DNA of 64,000 nucleotides from positions 1,152,001 to 1,216,000 of the forward strand of contig CAVVLJ010000016.1 in the NCBI GenBank assembly GCA_963749075.1. Direction: 5' to 3'. How positions within the stretch are numbered: position 1 is the stretch's first letter; each line of letters begins with the position of its first letter. The notes under the pieces were generated by a model that did not search any database, was not told the origin of the DNA, and saw only the letters and a program-made list of their open reading frames with translations. The translations under genes and the position numbers were made by a program. The stretch is from an uncultured Pseudomonadota bacterium. GTDB taxonomy: Bacteria; Pseudomonadota; Alphaproteobacteria; JACZXZ01. Below are positions 48,987 to 58,273 of this stretch, piece by piece.

Positions 48987-49532
48987 ATGATTTACGGCTA
49001 CGCGCGGGTATCGACGGACGGCCAGAGCGTTGACGCTCAGGTGCGCCAGCTCAAAGCCGCCCGATGCGAGCAGGTCTTCCGGGAGACGGCCAGCGGAGCG
49101 AAGACCGACCGCGCGCAGCTACGCCGCGCCATGGCCACGCTCGACGCCGGGGACGTACTGATGGTGACGCGACTCGACCGGCTGGCCCGCTCGACCCGCG
49201 ATCTCTTGAACACCCTGGCCGCCATTGCCGACAGGAAGGTATGCTTCCGCTCCCTAGGCGACGCATGGGCCGACACCACCACAGCGCACGGGCGGTTGAT
49301 GCTGACCGTCCTCGGCGGGCTGGCGGAGTTCGAGTGTGAGCTGATCCGGGTCCGCACTGGCGAGGGCCGCGCCCGCGCCAAGGCGCACGGGCAGAGCCTT
49401 GGCCGACCCTTCAAGCTCACCGCGCACCAGCGGCGGGAGGCCACCGAGCGCCGCGAGCGCGGCGAGACGCTGGCCGATATCGCCCGCAGCTACAACGTCA
49501 GCGCGGCCACGATTTCGAGGCTCACGGCATGA
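48987..49532 (+). CDS. small serine recombinase (resolvase/invertase) with C-terminal HTH
   Basis: YGYARVST..Q, LDRLARS, GRP, IARSYNVSAATISRL. Confidence 0.95.
   Translation: MIYGYARVSTDGQSVDAQVRQLKAARCEQVFRETASGAKTDRAQLRRAMATLDAGDVLMVTRLDRLARSTRDLLNTLAAIADRKVCFRSLGDAWADTTTAHGRLMLTVLGGLAEFECELIRVRTGEGRARAKAHGQSLGRPFKLTAHQRREATERRERGETLADIARSYNVSAATISRLTA
49449..49522 (+). repeat. 74-bp direct repeat copy 1 (3' end of the resolvase gene)
   Basis: Matches 50695-50768 at 69/74 positions. Confidence 0.92.
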
Positions 49533-49753
49533 CGCCTACCCCATGCGCCGATTGCAAGGAGCAGGTGACGAAGGGCCGGCAAACTGACCCTCACCAGCAC
49601 CTACGCTTGCTGAGCACCCGCCCGTTTCGAGGCTCAATGTTTGGTGGCTGGGAAGAGATGACGTATCAGTGCGGCGTCTGCGGTGCGGTAGTCGAGCACA
49701 CAAACGACAAGAACGAATTCCCGCCGTTCTGGTGGTTCAAAAAGACGACCTGA
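49529..49753 (+). CDS. small putative zinc-binding protein
   Basis: CADC and CGVC pairs; ATGA overlap with the resolvase stop. Confidence 0.6.
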   Translation: MTPTPCADCKEQVTKGRQTDPHQHLRLLSTRPFRGSMFGGWEEMTYQCGVCGAVVEHTNDKNEFPPFWWFKKTT

Positions 49754-49840
49754 AACAGATAAAGGACACCATCATATATAGAAAGGGTATAGAAAGGGGC
49801 GATGCTTATCCGCTTCACATCCCAATAGAGGAGTACGCGG

Positions 49841-50656
49841 ATGAACCCGACGATGACACTTGGCGCTATCCACAAGTGCCGACCTCGTAAATCAGCATGG
49901 GAGAGGCTTCTCGTTGGCTTGGGTTACGCCAACGGGAACTACGATCCTGACCATCTCGTCAGCCTCGGCGACATCGGCATGACAAATAACGCGGCCGACG
50001 CGCTGTGGTGCATTCGCGCGCTCGATTGGCGTGGCTTGGCGGTGCGCCGCGCCGTCATCGCTGGCGCAATATTGCCTACAGTGAGGCGCGCTTCGGTCCA
50101 TACGGCGGACGAGCGCGTCCACGATTGCATCGAGCGTGTCGAACACTGGTGCGCTGGCAACGATGGCATCTCTGACTTAGCGGTGACGGTACTATGGAAG
50201 GTGGTCAGGGCGTCAGCGAGGGCGGAGACGTGGGCGAACGTGAAGGCGGCATGGACGGAGATAAAGGCGAAGTTATCGGGGCGACCGGCTGTGGCGGAGC
50301 CGGCGGCGGCGGAGGCCGCAATGGCGGCGAAGGCGCGCGCCTGGGCGGCGGAGACGGCATTGGCGGCGGCCAAGCTGATGAAGCTGGCGAAGCTGACAAA
50401 GGCAGGTAAAGCATCAGGGGAGGCGACGTGGGAGGTGGCATGGGCGGCGCGGGTCGAGGCGCGGAGGGCGGCGATAGTGGCGGAGCTGGTACTACAAGCG
50501 GCGGTGACGGCAGCGAGGGCGGTAGACGGCCCCTCGCCGTTCGCGGAGGTGAGGTCAGCAGGGGAGATCGCGCTCCAGCGTCAGGACATCATTAAGGCGT
50601 TTCCGCCGATAGTTGGTGATCGCGAGTGCAAGCCGGATACGCATGGAAGCGCTTAG
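49841..50656 (+). CDS. hypothetical protein, Ala/Trp-rich, phage-like
   Basis: N-terminal W.RLL..LG ... N...DALWCIRAL followed by AWAA-rich helices. Confidence 0.6.
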   Translation: MNPTMTLGAIHKCRPRKSAWERLLVGLGYANGNYDPDHLVSLGDIGMTNNAADALWCIRALDWRGLAVRRAVIAGAILPTVRRASVHTADERVHDCIERVEHWCAGNDGISDLAVTVLWKVVRASARAETWANVKAAWTEIKAKLSGRPAVAEPAAAEAAMAAKARAWAAETALAAAKLMKLAKLTKAGKASGEATWEVAWAARVEARRAAIVAELVLQAAVTAARAVDGPSPFAEVRSAGEIALQRQDIIKAFPPIVGDRECKPDTHGSA

Positions 50657-50694
50657 GAATCCCTTGAGGAGAAGCCGCGCTCTAAGACGACAAT

Positions 50695-50768
50695 CGCCGC
50701 GAGCGTGGCGAGACGCTGGCCGACATCGGCCGCAGCTACAGCGTCAGCGCGGCCACGATTTCAAGGCT
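50695..50768 (+). repeat. 74-bp direct repeat copy 2 (orphan resolvase 3' end)
   Basis: cgccgcgagcgtggcgagacgctggccgacatcggccgcagctacagcgtcagcgcggccacgatttcaaggct. Confidence 0.92.
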
Positions 50769-50780
50769 AACTGTGAGAGG

Positions 50781-51315
50781 TTAGGTTGGCTTTTCGAAGA
50801 AAATTGATGCCGCCAAGCCGCTGTAAATTTGGTCGACTTCACCAAAGAGACCCGCTTCTCGAAAGAGGCTGTCCGCAGGGGTTGCTATCTGCGTTTGGGT
50901 TTGCCAGGCCCGCGCCAGTCCTAAAAATACCCGTAAGACCACACCATTTAGCTGGATCAGACGACCCGTAAAACTGCGTGCCGCTCGAATTCCTACATCA
51001 TGGTCAAGAGACCAATCTGGGATATCCTCAATCCGATGAATGAGCGCGTTCCTTTTTTCCAAGAATTCTTCAAGCATCGCGTCAAATCCATCGTCCAAAT
51101 CAACCCGCTTTCTCAACTCACCGAGGAATTGTCCGAGAGTTTTTTTCCTAGCACTGCTTTGCTGCGACTTCAAGCATCGCCAACGTGGTAACGCCGCCCT
51201 CAGCCAATGCGTATGTCATGCAAAATTGTATCATGTGCTCCGTTGTTTGAATGAGGAGCAACGCTAGCCCGATGCGGGTCAGGATGTCTCTTTGTTCTTC
51301 TGAAAAAGTTGTCAT
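50781..51315 (-). pseudogene. HEPN-like protein (RNALIH), frameshifted near 51175
   Basis: 5' part MTTFSEEQRDILTRIGLALLLIQTTEH..., 3' part KKTLGQFL...EKRNALIH; ATGA overlap with the upstream gene. Confidence 0.55.
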
Positions 51316-51635
51316 GGCGATGCGGGCTTGTATTTGTCATGGTCGCCAGACGAAAGTGCGGCGCGCTTGGAGGGTGGGAATAATCCGCGGGGATCGTCGA
51401 TCCACACGAACGGGATGCCGTGCCGATTGGCGAAATCGAGGACCTTCAGATACTCCGCCTCTACGGGAGCGCCCAAGTTGCTGGTTGTAATTCCGATTGC
51501 CGTGCCTACGCTCTCCGCAAAGCTCATTTCTCCTAAAATGACGGTGTCGTCGACCGGATCCCGATAGACTCTAAATTCGATGCACGCGGCTTGACCAGCG
51601 TCCTCCCTCCTTTCGACGACCTGAACTATGGGCAT
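51312..51635 (-). CDS. hypothetical protein
   Basis: 107-aa ORF coupled to the HEPN-like gene. Confidence 0.55.
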   Translation of the reverse strand: MPIVQVVERREDAGQAACIEFRVYRDPVDDTVILGEMSFAESVGTAIGITTSNLGAPVEAEYLKVLDFANRHGIPFVWIDDPRGLFPPSKRAALSSGDHDKYKPASP

Positions 51636-51697
51636 GGGGCCTCGGCTTTCGGATAAAGGACATTATCATACATAGGGTTAGATGGCGACGGCCAATT

Positions 51698-51718
51698 CGT
51701 AATGACAATGGCGTTACG
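51698..51718. promoter_or_regulatory. inverted repeat, putative antitoxin operator
   Basis: CGTAATG-ACAATGG-CGTTACG directly upstream of the RHH antitoxin gene. Confidence 0.5.
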
Positions 51719-51749
51719 TTGCGCTATGGTGTCTTTCGTGGAGGTTCGC

Positions 51750-52031
51750 ATGCCAAATTCAACGCCGACCGCACGCCGCGACACTCTTAATCTCCGCATC
51801 AAGCCGGATGATCGAGGGCTGATCGACCGCGCCGCGCAGCTCACCGGCAAGACCAAGACCGACTTCGTGCTCGAAGCCGCGCGCCGCGCGGCCGAGGACG
51901 CGCTCTTGGACCGCACGCTGTTTGTCGTCGGTCCCGAAGCCTTCGACGCCTTCCGCGCGCGCCTCGACGAGCCGCCGCATCCAAATGACAAGCTGCGGCG
52001 TGCGCTCGAGACCGCCCCGCCCTGGCAGTAG
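51750..52031 (+). CDS. DUF1778 RHH antitoxin (TacA/AtaR family)
   Basis: LNLRI...RGLIDRAA..TGKTKTDFVLEAA...FDAF...LDEPP.PN.KL. Confidence 0.93.
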   Translation: MPNSTPTARRDTLNLRIKPDDRGLIDRAAQLTGKTKTDFVLEAARRAAEDALLDRTLFVVGPEAFDAFRARLDEPPHPNDKLRRALETAPPWQ

Positions 52032-52033
52032 GC

Positions 52034-52540
52034 GTGCCGCTCTCCGCACCCGAGCCCCTTGCCGACGCGCACGAGCTGGCCGAATTCTCCTCCGGGGTTC
52101 CTTCGCTCGACGACTGGCTGAAGCGCCGGGCGCGCGGCAACCAGGCGAGCGGCGCGACCCGCACTTTCGTTGTCGCGGAGGCCCGCCGCGTCATCGCCTA
52201 TTACGGTATCGCGTCGGGCGCGATCAGCCTCGGAGGCGCGCACGGCCGATTCCGGCGCAATATGCCTGACCCTATCCCGGTTGCCGTGCTCGGCCGTCTC
52301 GCGGTAGATTGCGCCTGGCAGGGCCGTGGATTGGGACGAGCCCTGTTTCGCGACTGCGCCGGGCGAATCACCCACGCTGCCGACAGCATCGGCATTCGGG
52401 GCATCGTCCTTCATGCCATCTCGGAGCAAGCCAAAGCCTACTATCTCGCCCTCGGCTTCGAGCCGTCGCCGCTCGATCCCATGACGCTGATGGTCACGCT
52501 CAGCGACGTGCAGGCGATACTTGGAGCGCCGGCAGCATGA
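52034..52540 (+). CDS. GNAT acetyltransferase toxin (TacT/AtaT family)
   Basis: FSSG..SLDDWL, RRNMPDPIP..LGRLAVD..QGRGLG, HAISE.AK.YY..GF. Confidence 0.93.
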   Translation: MPLSAPEPLADAHELAEFSSGVPSLDDWLKRRARGNQASGATRTFVVAEARRVIAYYGIASGAISLGGAHGRFRRNMPDPIPVAVLGRLAVDCAWQGRGLGRALFRDCAGRITHAADSIGIRGIVLHAISEQAKAYYLALGFEPSPLDPMTLMVTLSDVQAILGAPAA

Positions 52541-53319
52541 GCAGGCAGAAGAAAAGGCAATCGAGACCGGCGTTACGATCCGCGTCCGACTTCGATCGGC
52601 AGGATCGCCGCCAAATGGAATGCGAATATTTTAATTCGTTCCGGTATTTCGAACCTGAGATTCAGTCAAGCACCATCACACATGCTGACAGTCCCGACTT
52701 TCGGGTGAATGTCAGCGACCGGGTTGTCGGCGTGGAGGTGACGCGGCTCTTCAAGCCAGAGGGGCGACAGGACATTGAGAGCACGCAGGAACGGATATTT
52801 GAAGAGGCGTGCCGGAACGCCCAGGAACAGAAACTGCCGCCGGCTCACGTCACTCTGTACTTCAATCTTCGAGGAGCACTCGGCAGTGCGGCCCGAAGCC
52901 GGATCGCCCGCGCCGTCGTCCGTGTGGTGACTGAGCAGATGCCAGGCGACGGAGAATCGGTCCAACTTGAAGGGGCACCAGCTCAGCCTCGTGAGGTGGA
53001 CCTGATCACGGTCAATCGGATGCACTGCCGCGCGCCCGGACGTTGGACGTGGATCGAAACCACCACGATCAAGGGGGACGCCGTCCGCGTGATCCAGGAA
53101 GCAATTGTTAGGAAGGCTGAGAATCTATCAACTTACCTTGAGCGCTGCAGCGAGTGCTGGCTGCTCCTCGTCGCGGACTTTTTCAGGACATCGGGCAACC
53201 TAGCATTCGACGACGGTTGTCAATCGCACGTTTTCGTGTCGCCGTTCGCCCGCACATACGTCCTGGACTTCGGGAGAGGCCGACTCTACCCGCTTCGGAC
53301 ATCGGGGACACACGAATGA
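52537..53319 (+). CDS. hypothetical protein with PD-(D/E)xK-like motif
   Basis: DSPDF-x8-VGVEVT, later AIVRK...Y...CWLLL; ATGA overlap with the toxin gene. Confidence 0.6.
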   Translation: MSRQKKRQSRPALRSASDFDRQDRRQMECEYFNSFRYFEPEIQSSTITHADSPDFRVNVSDRVVGVEVTRLFKPEGRQDIESTQERIFEEACRNAQEQKLPPAHVTLYFNLRGALGSAARSRIARAVVRVVTEQMPGDGESVQLEGAPAQPREVDLITVNRMHCRAPGRWTWIETTTIKGDAVRVIQEAIVRKAENLSTYLERCSECWLLLVADFFRTSGNLAFDDGCQSHVFVSPFARTYVLDFGRGRLYPLRTSGTHE

Positions 53320-53410
53320 CAACGCAGTCACGGCGGGTGATCGCGGCGGTAACCCCCAATGGTTAGTGATGAGAATTCGGACTTGCCACACTCGTAATCT
53401 GGACACCGTC

Positions 53411-53722
53411 ATGAGCGAGCGATCCTTCCGCGCCGGCCACCTCATCCGTAGAGCCATCAGGTGGCTTGTCGGCTTTGTCCTCTTCTCGGCGCTCATCATG
53501 GGTGCGTTCTACGGTCTCATCGCCGCTGAGGCCCCATGGTGGTCTTGGGTGTGCATCGCCTTCCTCGCCTTCTCCGTCGTGCGCTTGATCCCCGGGCGCA
53601 TCCGCAATGGCTACTGGGGAGCTTCGCCGAGTACCTCAGCCTGGGAGCAGATCAAGGCGGAAGAGGAGGCCACCCGCCGAAGTGATCGGCGCCGCCGTCG
53701 AGGCGGACAGGAGAGGGGTTAA
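53411..53722 (+). CDS. small membrane protein (2 TM)
   Basis: Hydrophobic segments WLVGFVLFSALIMG and WVCIAFLAFSVV. Confidence 0.5.
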   Translation: MSERSFRAGHLIRRAIRWLVGFVLFSALIMGAFYGLIAAEAPWWSWVCIAFLAFSVVRLIPGRIRNGYWGASPSTSAWEQIKAEEEATRRSDRRRRRGGQERG

Positions 53723-53725
53723 CCG

Positions 53726-54031
53726 GTGAAATTTCTTCTGAGATGGGCGTGGCCGTTCTTAGCTTTTTGCGTGCTATTCGATGCTTATTCATTTCAGCTT
53801 TTTTTCAACAGCTTGAGCAAGGTTGGGTTCGTTGGAAATATCCTCTTTTCTCTCGGCATCCTAATTGGCGACCTCCCGGCAATAATCATCATCGGGATCG
53901 TCGTGGCTGGCGTCTTTCGGATTGCTGATGGAAAGCCGATCACCGCGCGATCCGTCGCCGTCTCTTTTGGCGTTGGGTGTATTGCGACCGCGACCATTGT
54001 TCGGCCGCTGCTGCTCTATCTTTGGACCTAA
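53726..54031 (+). CDS. small membrane protein (3 TM)
   Basis: RBS-like GAGAGGGG, three hydrophobic segments, low GC. Confidence 0.5.
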   Translation: MKFLLRWAWPFLAFCVLFDAYSFQLFFNSLSKVGFVGNILFSLGILIGDLPAIIIIGIVVAGVFRIADGKPITARSVAVSFGVGCIATATIVRPLLLYLWT

Positions 54032-54914
54032 ATTCAAACCGAGACTAGTGCGCCAGGAAGCTGGCGTGATCCAGCCGCTGAAAGTCCGGCCCAGGTAAGG
54101 GGTATCCAAGCTGGAAGACCGTTTGTGATCATTTCCGTCCGCCATTCCGGGCAACGCTGTACACCTACCAAAATTCGAAAAGGAGCTCCATGTCAATGCG
54201 CATCTTTGCGGTCGGCGGTATAGGAGCGAATGCTCGGACAGCCTCGGGAAAAGCCAGATTAGTTGATTGACGCAGTTCCCGAGAGATACTTCCATAGAGG
54301 GCTACCGGAACCTGTCACATTTGCGCTCGACACTATCTCGCCCTGAAGGATCAGCGATCACGCAGGGCCATTTTCGACGCCGGCGTCTTGCGCAAGCGCC
54401 CATCGAAAACCACGTTGTCCACCCAACAAGCACGCCCTTTTCGGTCACATTCGAACAAGAGATGTGATCGGTATCGACGCGGTTCGCGAGGCCGAACGCC
54501 CGATGTATTGTCCTTCGAATGGCACTGAATGTGTGCCGATCCGGCAATCGGATTACACCGCTTTTGAAGTTCCATCCGCCAGCATTTGGCAAATGAATCA
54601 CCGGTTCCGGCAGACGGGACATGGCAGACGTCGTGCGCCATCAGCCCTTCTGTTTGTTCTTGCTTATCGTAGTAGAGGATAGTACAGCGTACGAACGTCG
54701 AAGAAGAAAATGAGAGCAAGATAAAGCGAACTGCGTTCGCGGCACTCTTCGAGTGTTAAGTACTTGTCTGCACACTGGTTTTTGACCCTCCTGCTGGAGC
54801 CATCAGGCCGCGGCATGGAGGCAGCGTTTCGGTAAGTTGCTGATATAGCGCCATCTTCAAGGTGTTATGCGGGAGGCTCTTGCAGGGCCGCTGTCGCGAA
54901 TGAATACTTACCAC

Positions 54915-56987
54915 ATGTCCCGCGACGACCACATGAGTTTCGAGCCTCGCCTGGGCCGTATCCGCGCCCGAGGAGAGCGTGGAGTGCGCCTGCGATCGAC
55001 CTACCTTCACCAAGTCATGCGCGCCGTCGCCCGCAACGGTGGCGATCCGCGCCGCATCGGGAGGCCGGCAGCCGGGCCCGGCGGGCAACCGAGAACCGGG
55101 CGCTTCAACGCGCGCGGCCGGGGGGCCAAGGTGGTCGCGTCGTTCCCGCGCGAGAGCGGATGGCGCTTCAACCCCGACACCCGAATGCGCTTCCGCGCGC
55201 GCCGCGTCATCGTCAAGGCGCGGGTGGTCAAGATGCGGGGCAGCGGGAGCAAGGCCGCCTATGCCCATCTCCGCTATCTGCAACGCGACGGCGCGACCTT
55301 GGACGGCGAGCGCGGGCGGCTCTATGCCGCGCGCGAGAACGAGGTGGACGGATCTCGGTTCCTCGACCGGGGCCAGGACGACCGCCACCAGTTCCGGCTC
55401 ATCGTGGCGCCCGAGGACGGTCCCGAGCTCGGCGATCTGCGCGACTTCACCCGCCGGCTCATGGCGCAGATGGAGCGCGACCTGGAAACGCAGCTCGATT
55501 GGGTCGCTGTCGATCACCACAACACCGGCCATCCGCACAGCCACGTCGTCATCCGGGGCATCACCGACGACGGGAAGATTCTCAACATCGCCGGCGACTA
55601 CATCGCCCATGGCATCCGCCACCGGGCCAGCGAGATCGTCACTCTCGAGCTCGGGCCGCAGACCGAATGGGAGGTGCAGCAGAAGCTCGGCCGAGAGATG
55701 GAGCAGGACCGCTTCACCCGGCTCGACCGCGCCATCCTCGAGGAAGTCAACGAGCAGGGCCTCGTGGACCTCCGCATGGGCGAGGAGCAATCCTATCTCG
55801 GCCGCGTCAACCGCTACCTCCTGATCGAGCGCCTCAAGAAGCTCGAACGGATGGGCCTCGCCCGCGAGGAAGAATCGGCCCGCTGGTCGCTGTCATCCGG
55901 CGTCGAAAAGACGCTGCGCGAATTGGGCGAGCGCGGCGACATCATCAAGACCATGCACCGCGCCCTCACCGAGCAGGGCATCGCCCATGCGGCCAACGAC
56001 TACACGATCCACCGCGGCCGGCTGGCGCATGGACCGATCATCGGCCGCCTGGTCGAGAAGGGGCTGCCGGGCGACCAGCTCGGGGACCGGATGCATCTCG
56101 TCATCGACGGCATCGACGGGCGGGCGCATTACGTCGAGATCTCCGATGCCGCCCAGACCGACGAGGCGCGGGTCGGCAGCATCGTCGAGGTTGGCCGGGC
56201 CAAGACCGAGCTTCGCCCCGCCGACCGGAACATCCTCGCCCACACCAGGCAGGAGGACCGCCTGTACCGGCCGAGCCAGCATCTCGCCAGCCTCCGAGAC
56301 AATCGCCTTCTCCCGGAAGGCAACGAGGCAGGGTATGTCGAGGCCCATGTACGCCGCTTGGAGGCGCTGCGCCGGGCGGGGATCGTCGAGCGCGTCGATG
56401 CGGACCATTGGCGCATTCCCGAGGACTATGCCCAGCGGGCGCAGGACTACGACGCCAAGCGCAGCCGACAGCTCGCCGTTCGCGTGCTGTCCATCATCGA
56501 CCTCGAGGCGCAGGTGACGGCGAACGCCGCGACCTGGCTCGACCGCGACCTGATCGCCGAGACGCCCGCGCCGACGCGCGATGGCGGCTTCGGTCGCGAA
56601 GTTCGCGATGCGCTGGCGCGCCGCCGGCAATGGCTTGTCGAGCAGGGCCTCGCAAGGACGGACGCAGACACGATCATCTATCAGCGCGGCATGCTCGCGA
56701 CGTTGACGCGGCGTGAGTTGCAGCAGGAGGGTGAAAAGCTGGGACGGGAACGCGGCCTGTCGTTCTACATGCCGATGAGCGGAGAACGCATCAGTGGGAC
56801 CTATCGTGGCACCGTGCAGCTCGTCAGCGGGAAGTACGCTTTCGTGGAGAACTCGCGCCAGTTTACGCTGGTCCCATGGCGGCCGGTGATCGAGAAGGAG
56901 CTGGGCCGCACCGTCTCCGGTCTCATACAAGGCGGTGGCATCTCGTGGGAGTTCGGCCGCAAGCGCGGGCTCGGCATCGGTATGTAG
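54915..56987 (+). CDS. VirD2-like (MOB-P) relaxase with DUF3363
   Basis: RRVIVKAR, HLRYLQRDG, DRHQFRLIVAPEDG, WVAVDHHNTGHPHSH, ATWLDR, FTLVPW. Confidence 0.94.
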   Translation: MSRDDHMSFEPRLGRIRARGERGVRLRSTYLHQVMRAVARNGGDPRRIGRPAAGPGGQPRTGRFNARGRGAKVVASFPRESGWRFNPDTRMRFRARRVIVKARVVKMRGSGSKAAYAHLRYLQRDGATLDGERGRLYAARENEVDGSRFLDRGQDDRHQFRLIVAPEDGPELGDLRDFTRRLMAQMERDLETQLDWVAVDHHNTGHPHSHVVIRGITDDGKILNIAGDYIAHGIRHRASEIVTLELGPQTEWEVQQKLGREMEQDRFTRLDRAILEEVNEQGLVDLRMGEEQSYLGRVNRYLLIERLKKLERMGLAREEESARWSLSSGVEKTLRELGERGDIIKTMHRALTEQGIAHAANDYTIHRGRLAHGPIIGRLVEKGLPGDQLGDRMHLVIDGIDGRAHYVEISDAAQTDEARVGSIVEVGRAKTELRPADRNILAHTRQEDRLYRPSQHLASLRDNRLLPEGNEAGYVEAHVRRLEALRRAGIVERVDADHWRIPEDYAQRAQDYDAKRSRQLAVRVLSIIDLEAQVTANAATWLDRDLIAETPAPTRDGGFGREVRDALARRRQWLVEQGLARTDADTIIYQRGMLATLTRRELQQEGEKLGRERGLSFYMPMSGERISGTYRGTVQLVSGKYAFVENSRQFTLVPWRPVIEKELGRTVSGLIQGGGISWEFGRKRGLGIGM

Positions 56988-57039
56988 GTTGAGCACCGCA
57001 AGGCGGCGCCGGATTGTCATTGGTGCTTGGCGGCAAGCG

Positions 57040-57133
57040 TGCCGGGCCGCGTCGGGCTGTCAAGGCTGGTGCGCAGCACCACCGCGCTCCGCGCGGCTGC
57101 CGGCCTTGACAGCCCGCCTCATGCGGCCCGGCA
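57040..57133. other. long inverted-repeat hairpin, candidate oriT / ssDNA element
   Basis: TGCCGGGCCGC..GGGCTGTCAAGG ... CCTTGACAGCCC..GCGGCCCGGCA immediately downstream of the relaxase. Confidence 0.5.
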
Positions 57134-57693
57134 GAAGCTCGCCAAGCACCAAGGGCAAGATGGGAGCCGGGCTCCCATCTCTACAAGACGGCGACGTCTC
57201 TTTCGGATGCAGAGTTCCGCCGAAGGAGGTAAACGCCTGCCCATGGCTACGAAGCGCAATGTGCTCGTCTACGAGATTCACGGGGCCGAGATTGTTGTGC
57301 TGTGCGTCTGACATGGACGGCACCAGCGCCCGGGCATCCGATCGAGGCTTGCGCGGCGTTTACGACGGCGCACAGCCCACCGAGAGCGGGACGATTCTAC
57401 CGCGCCTAAAGCCCTCCGGGATACGCGGGCCTGCGCTTCAACGGCCTTTGTTTACGCTCCACCATCCTTAACCTGACGTACGCGGGTGCTCGCCATTGAC
57501 GGTGCGCGATGCGAGGGCCAATTCTGATACTGGACGGGGATTTTCTTGGAGGAGTACGGCCGTGACTGCCGACGACGATATCCTGGCTGGCGATCCGCGA
57601 CGAGATCGGCAATTCGGCGCCGCCGATGCGTCAAGGCAAAACGATGCCCGTGGCAGCCCGCAGAGGCCTCGGGAACGACATCCAACAGACGCG

Positions 57694-57900
57694 ATGAGCA
57701 CCGCCATCCCTTTCGCTCAACGGCTCTCCTGCACCGTCGCGGAGGCGTGCGAGGCCACAGGCTTGGGACGAACCAAGCTTTACGAGCTGATCGGTGGCGG
57801 CTACCTCGACACGACGACGATCGGACGGCGACGGCTCGTGCTGGTTAGCTCGCTTTTGTCGCTCATTGTGTCGCCGAGCCAATCCGCCGCAAGCAGATAG
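57694..57900 (+). CDS. excisionase-like (HTH_17/AlpA) DNA-binding protein
   Basis: TVAEACEATGLGRTKLYELI...IGRRRLV. Confidence 0.88.
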   Translation: MSTAIPFAQRLSCTVAEACEATGLGRTKLYELIGGGYLDTTTIGRRRLVLVSSLLSLIVSPSQSAASR

Positions 57901-57907
57901 AAACCGT

Positions 57908-58273
57908 CTATCCCACGATAGAAAGGTCCATTTGAACTTCGCGCACCAGCACCTCGGGAGCGACAGAGCCGCGCTTGCCGGGAACGAGCTTCACCAAGCC
58001 GTACTGGCTCATGGTCTTAAGGGTGCGCGATAAATTACTGACCTTCCGGCCGGTCAATAGCTCCAACTCGGCAAGGGAAGACGGGTGCCGCTCGTCAATG
58101 ATCCGGAGCAGCTGCCGGTTAGACTCCGACAATACCTTTGCCAGCGATTCCAGCGACGTGAACCAGATCTTCGGCTCGTTCGGCCTGCGGCGGCGCTCCC
58201 CGCGCGCGATCTCAAGGGCGCGCTCACGGAGCTCATGATGGGTGGCGATGCCGACCTTGGTTTTCTCAGCCAT
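57908..58273 (-). CDS. HVO_A0114-like HTH antitoxin (TumA-type), copy 1
   Basis: KIWFTSLESLAKVLS..N..LL, GRK.SNLSRTLKTM..YGLV. Confidence 0.85.
   Translation of the reverse strand: MAEKTKVGIATHHELRERALEIARGERRRRPNEPKIWFTSLESLAKVLSESNRQLLRIIDERHPSSLAELELLTGRKVSNLSRTLKTMSQYGLVKLVPGKRGSVAPEVLVREVQMDLSIVG

Noticed and set aside
49449-50768. DGR template/variable repeat pair
   Set aside because: No reverse transcriptase, and the five mismatches are not adenine-specific.
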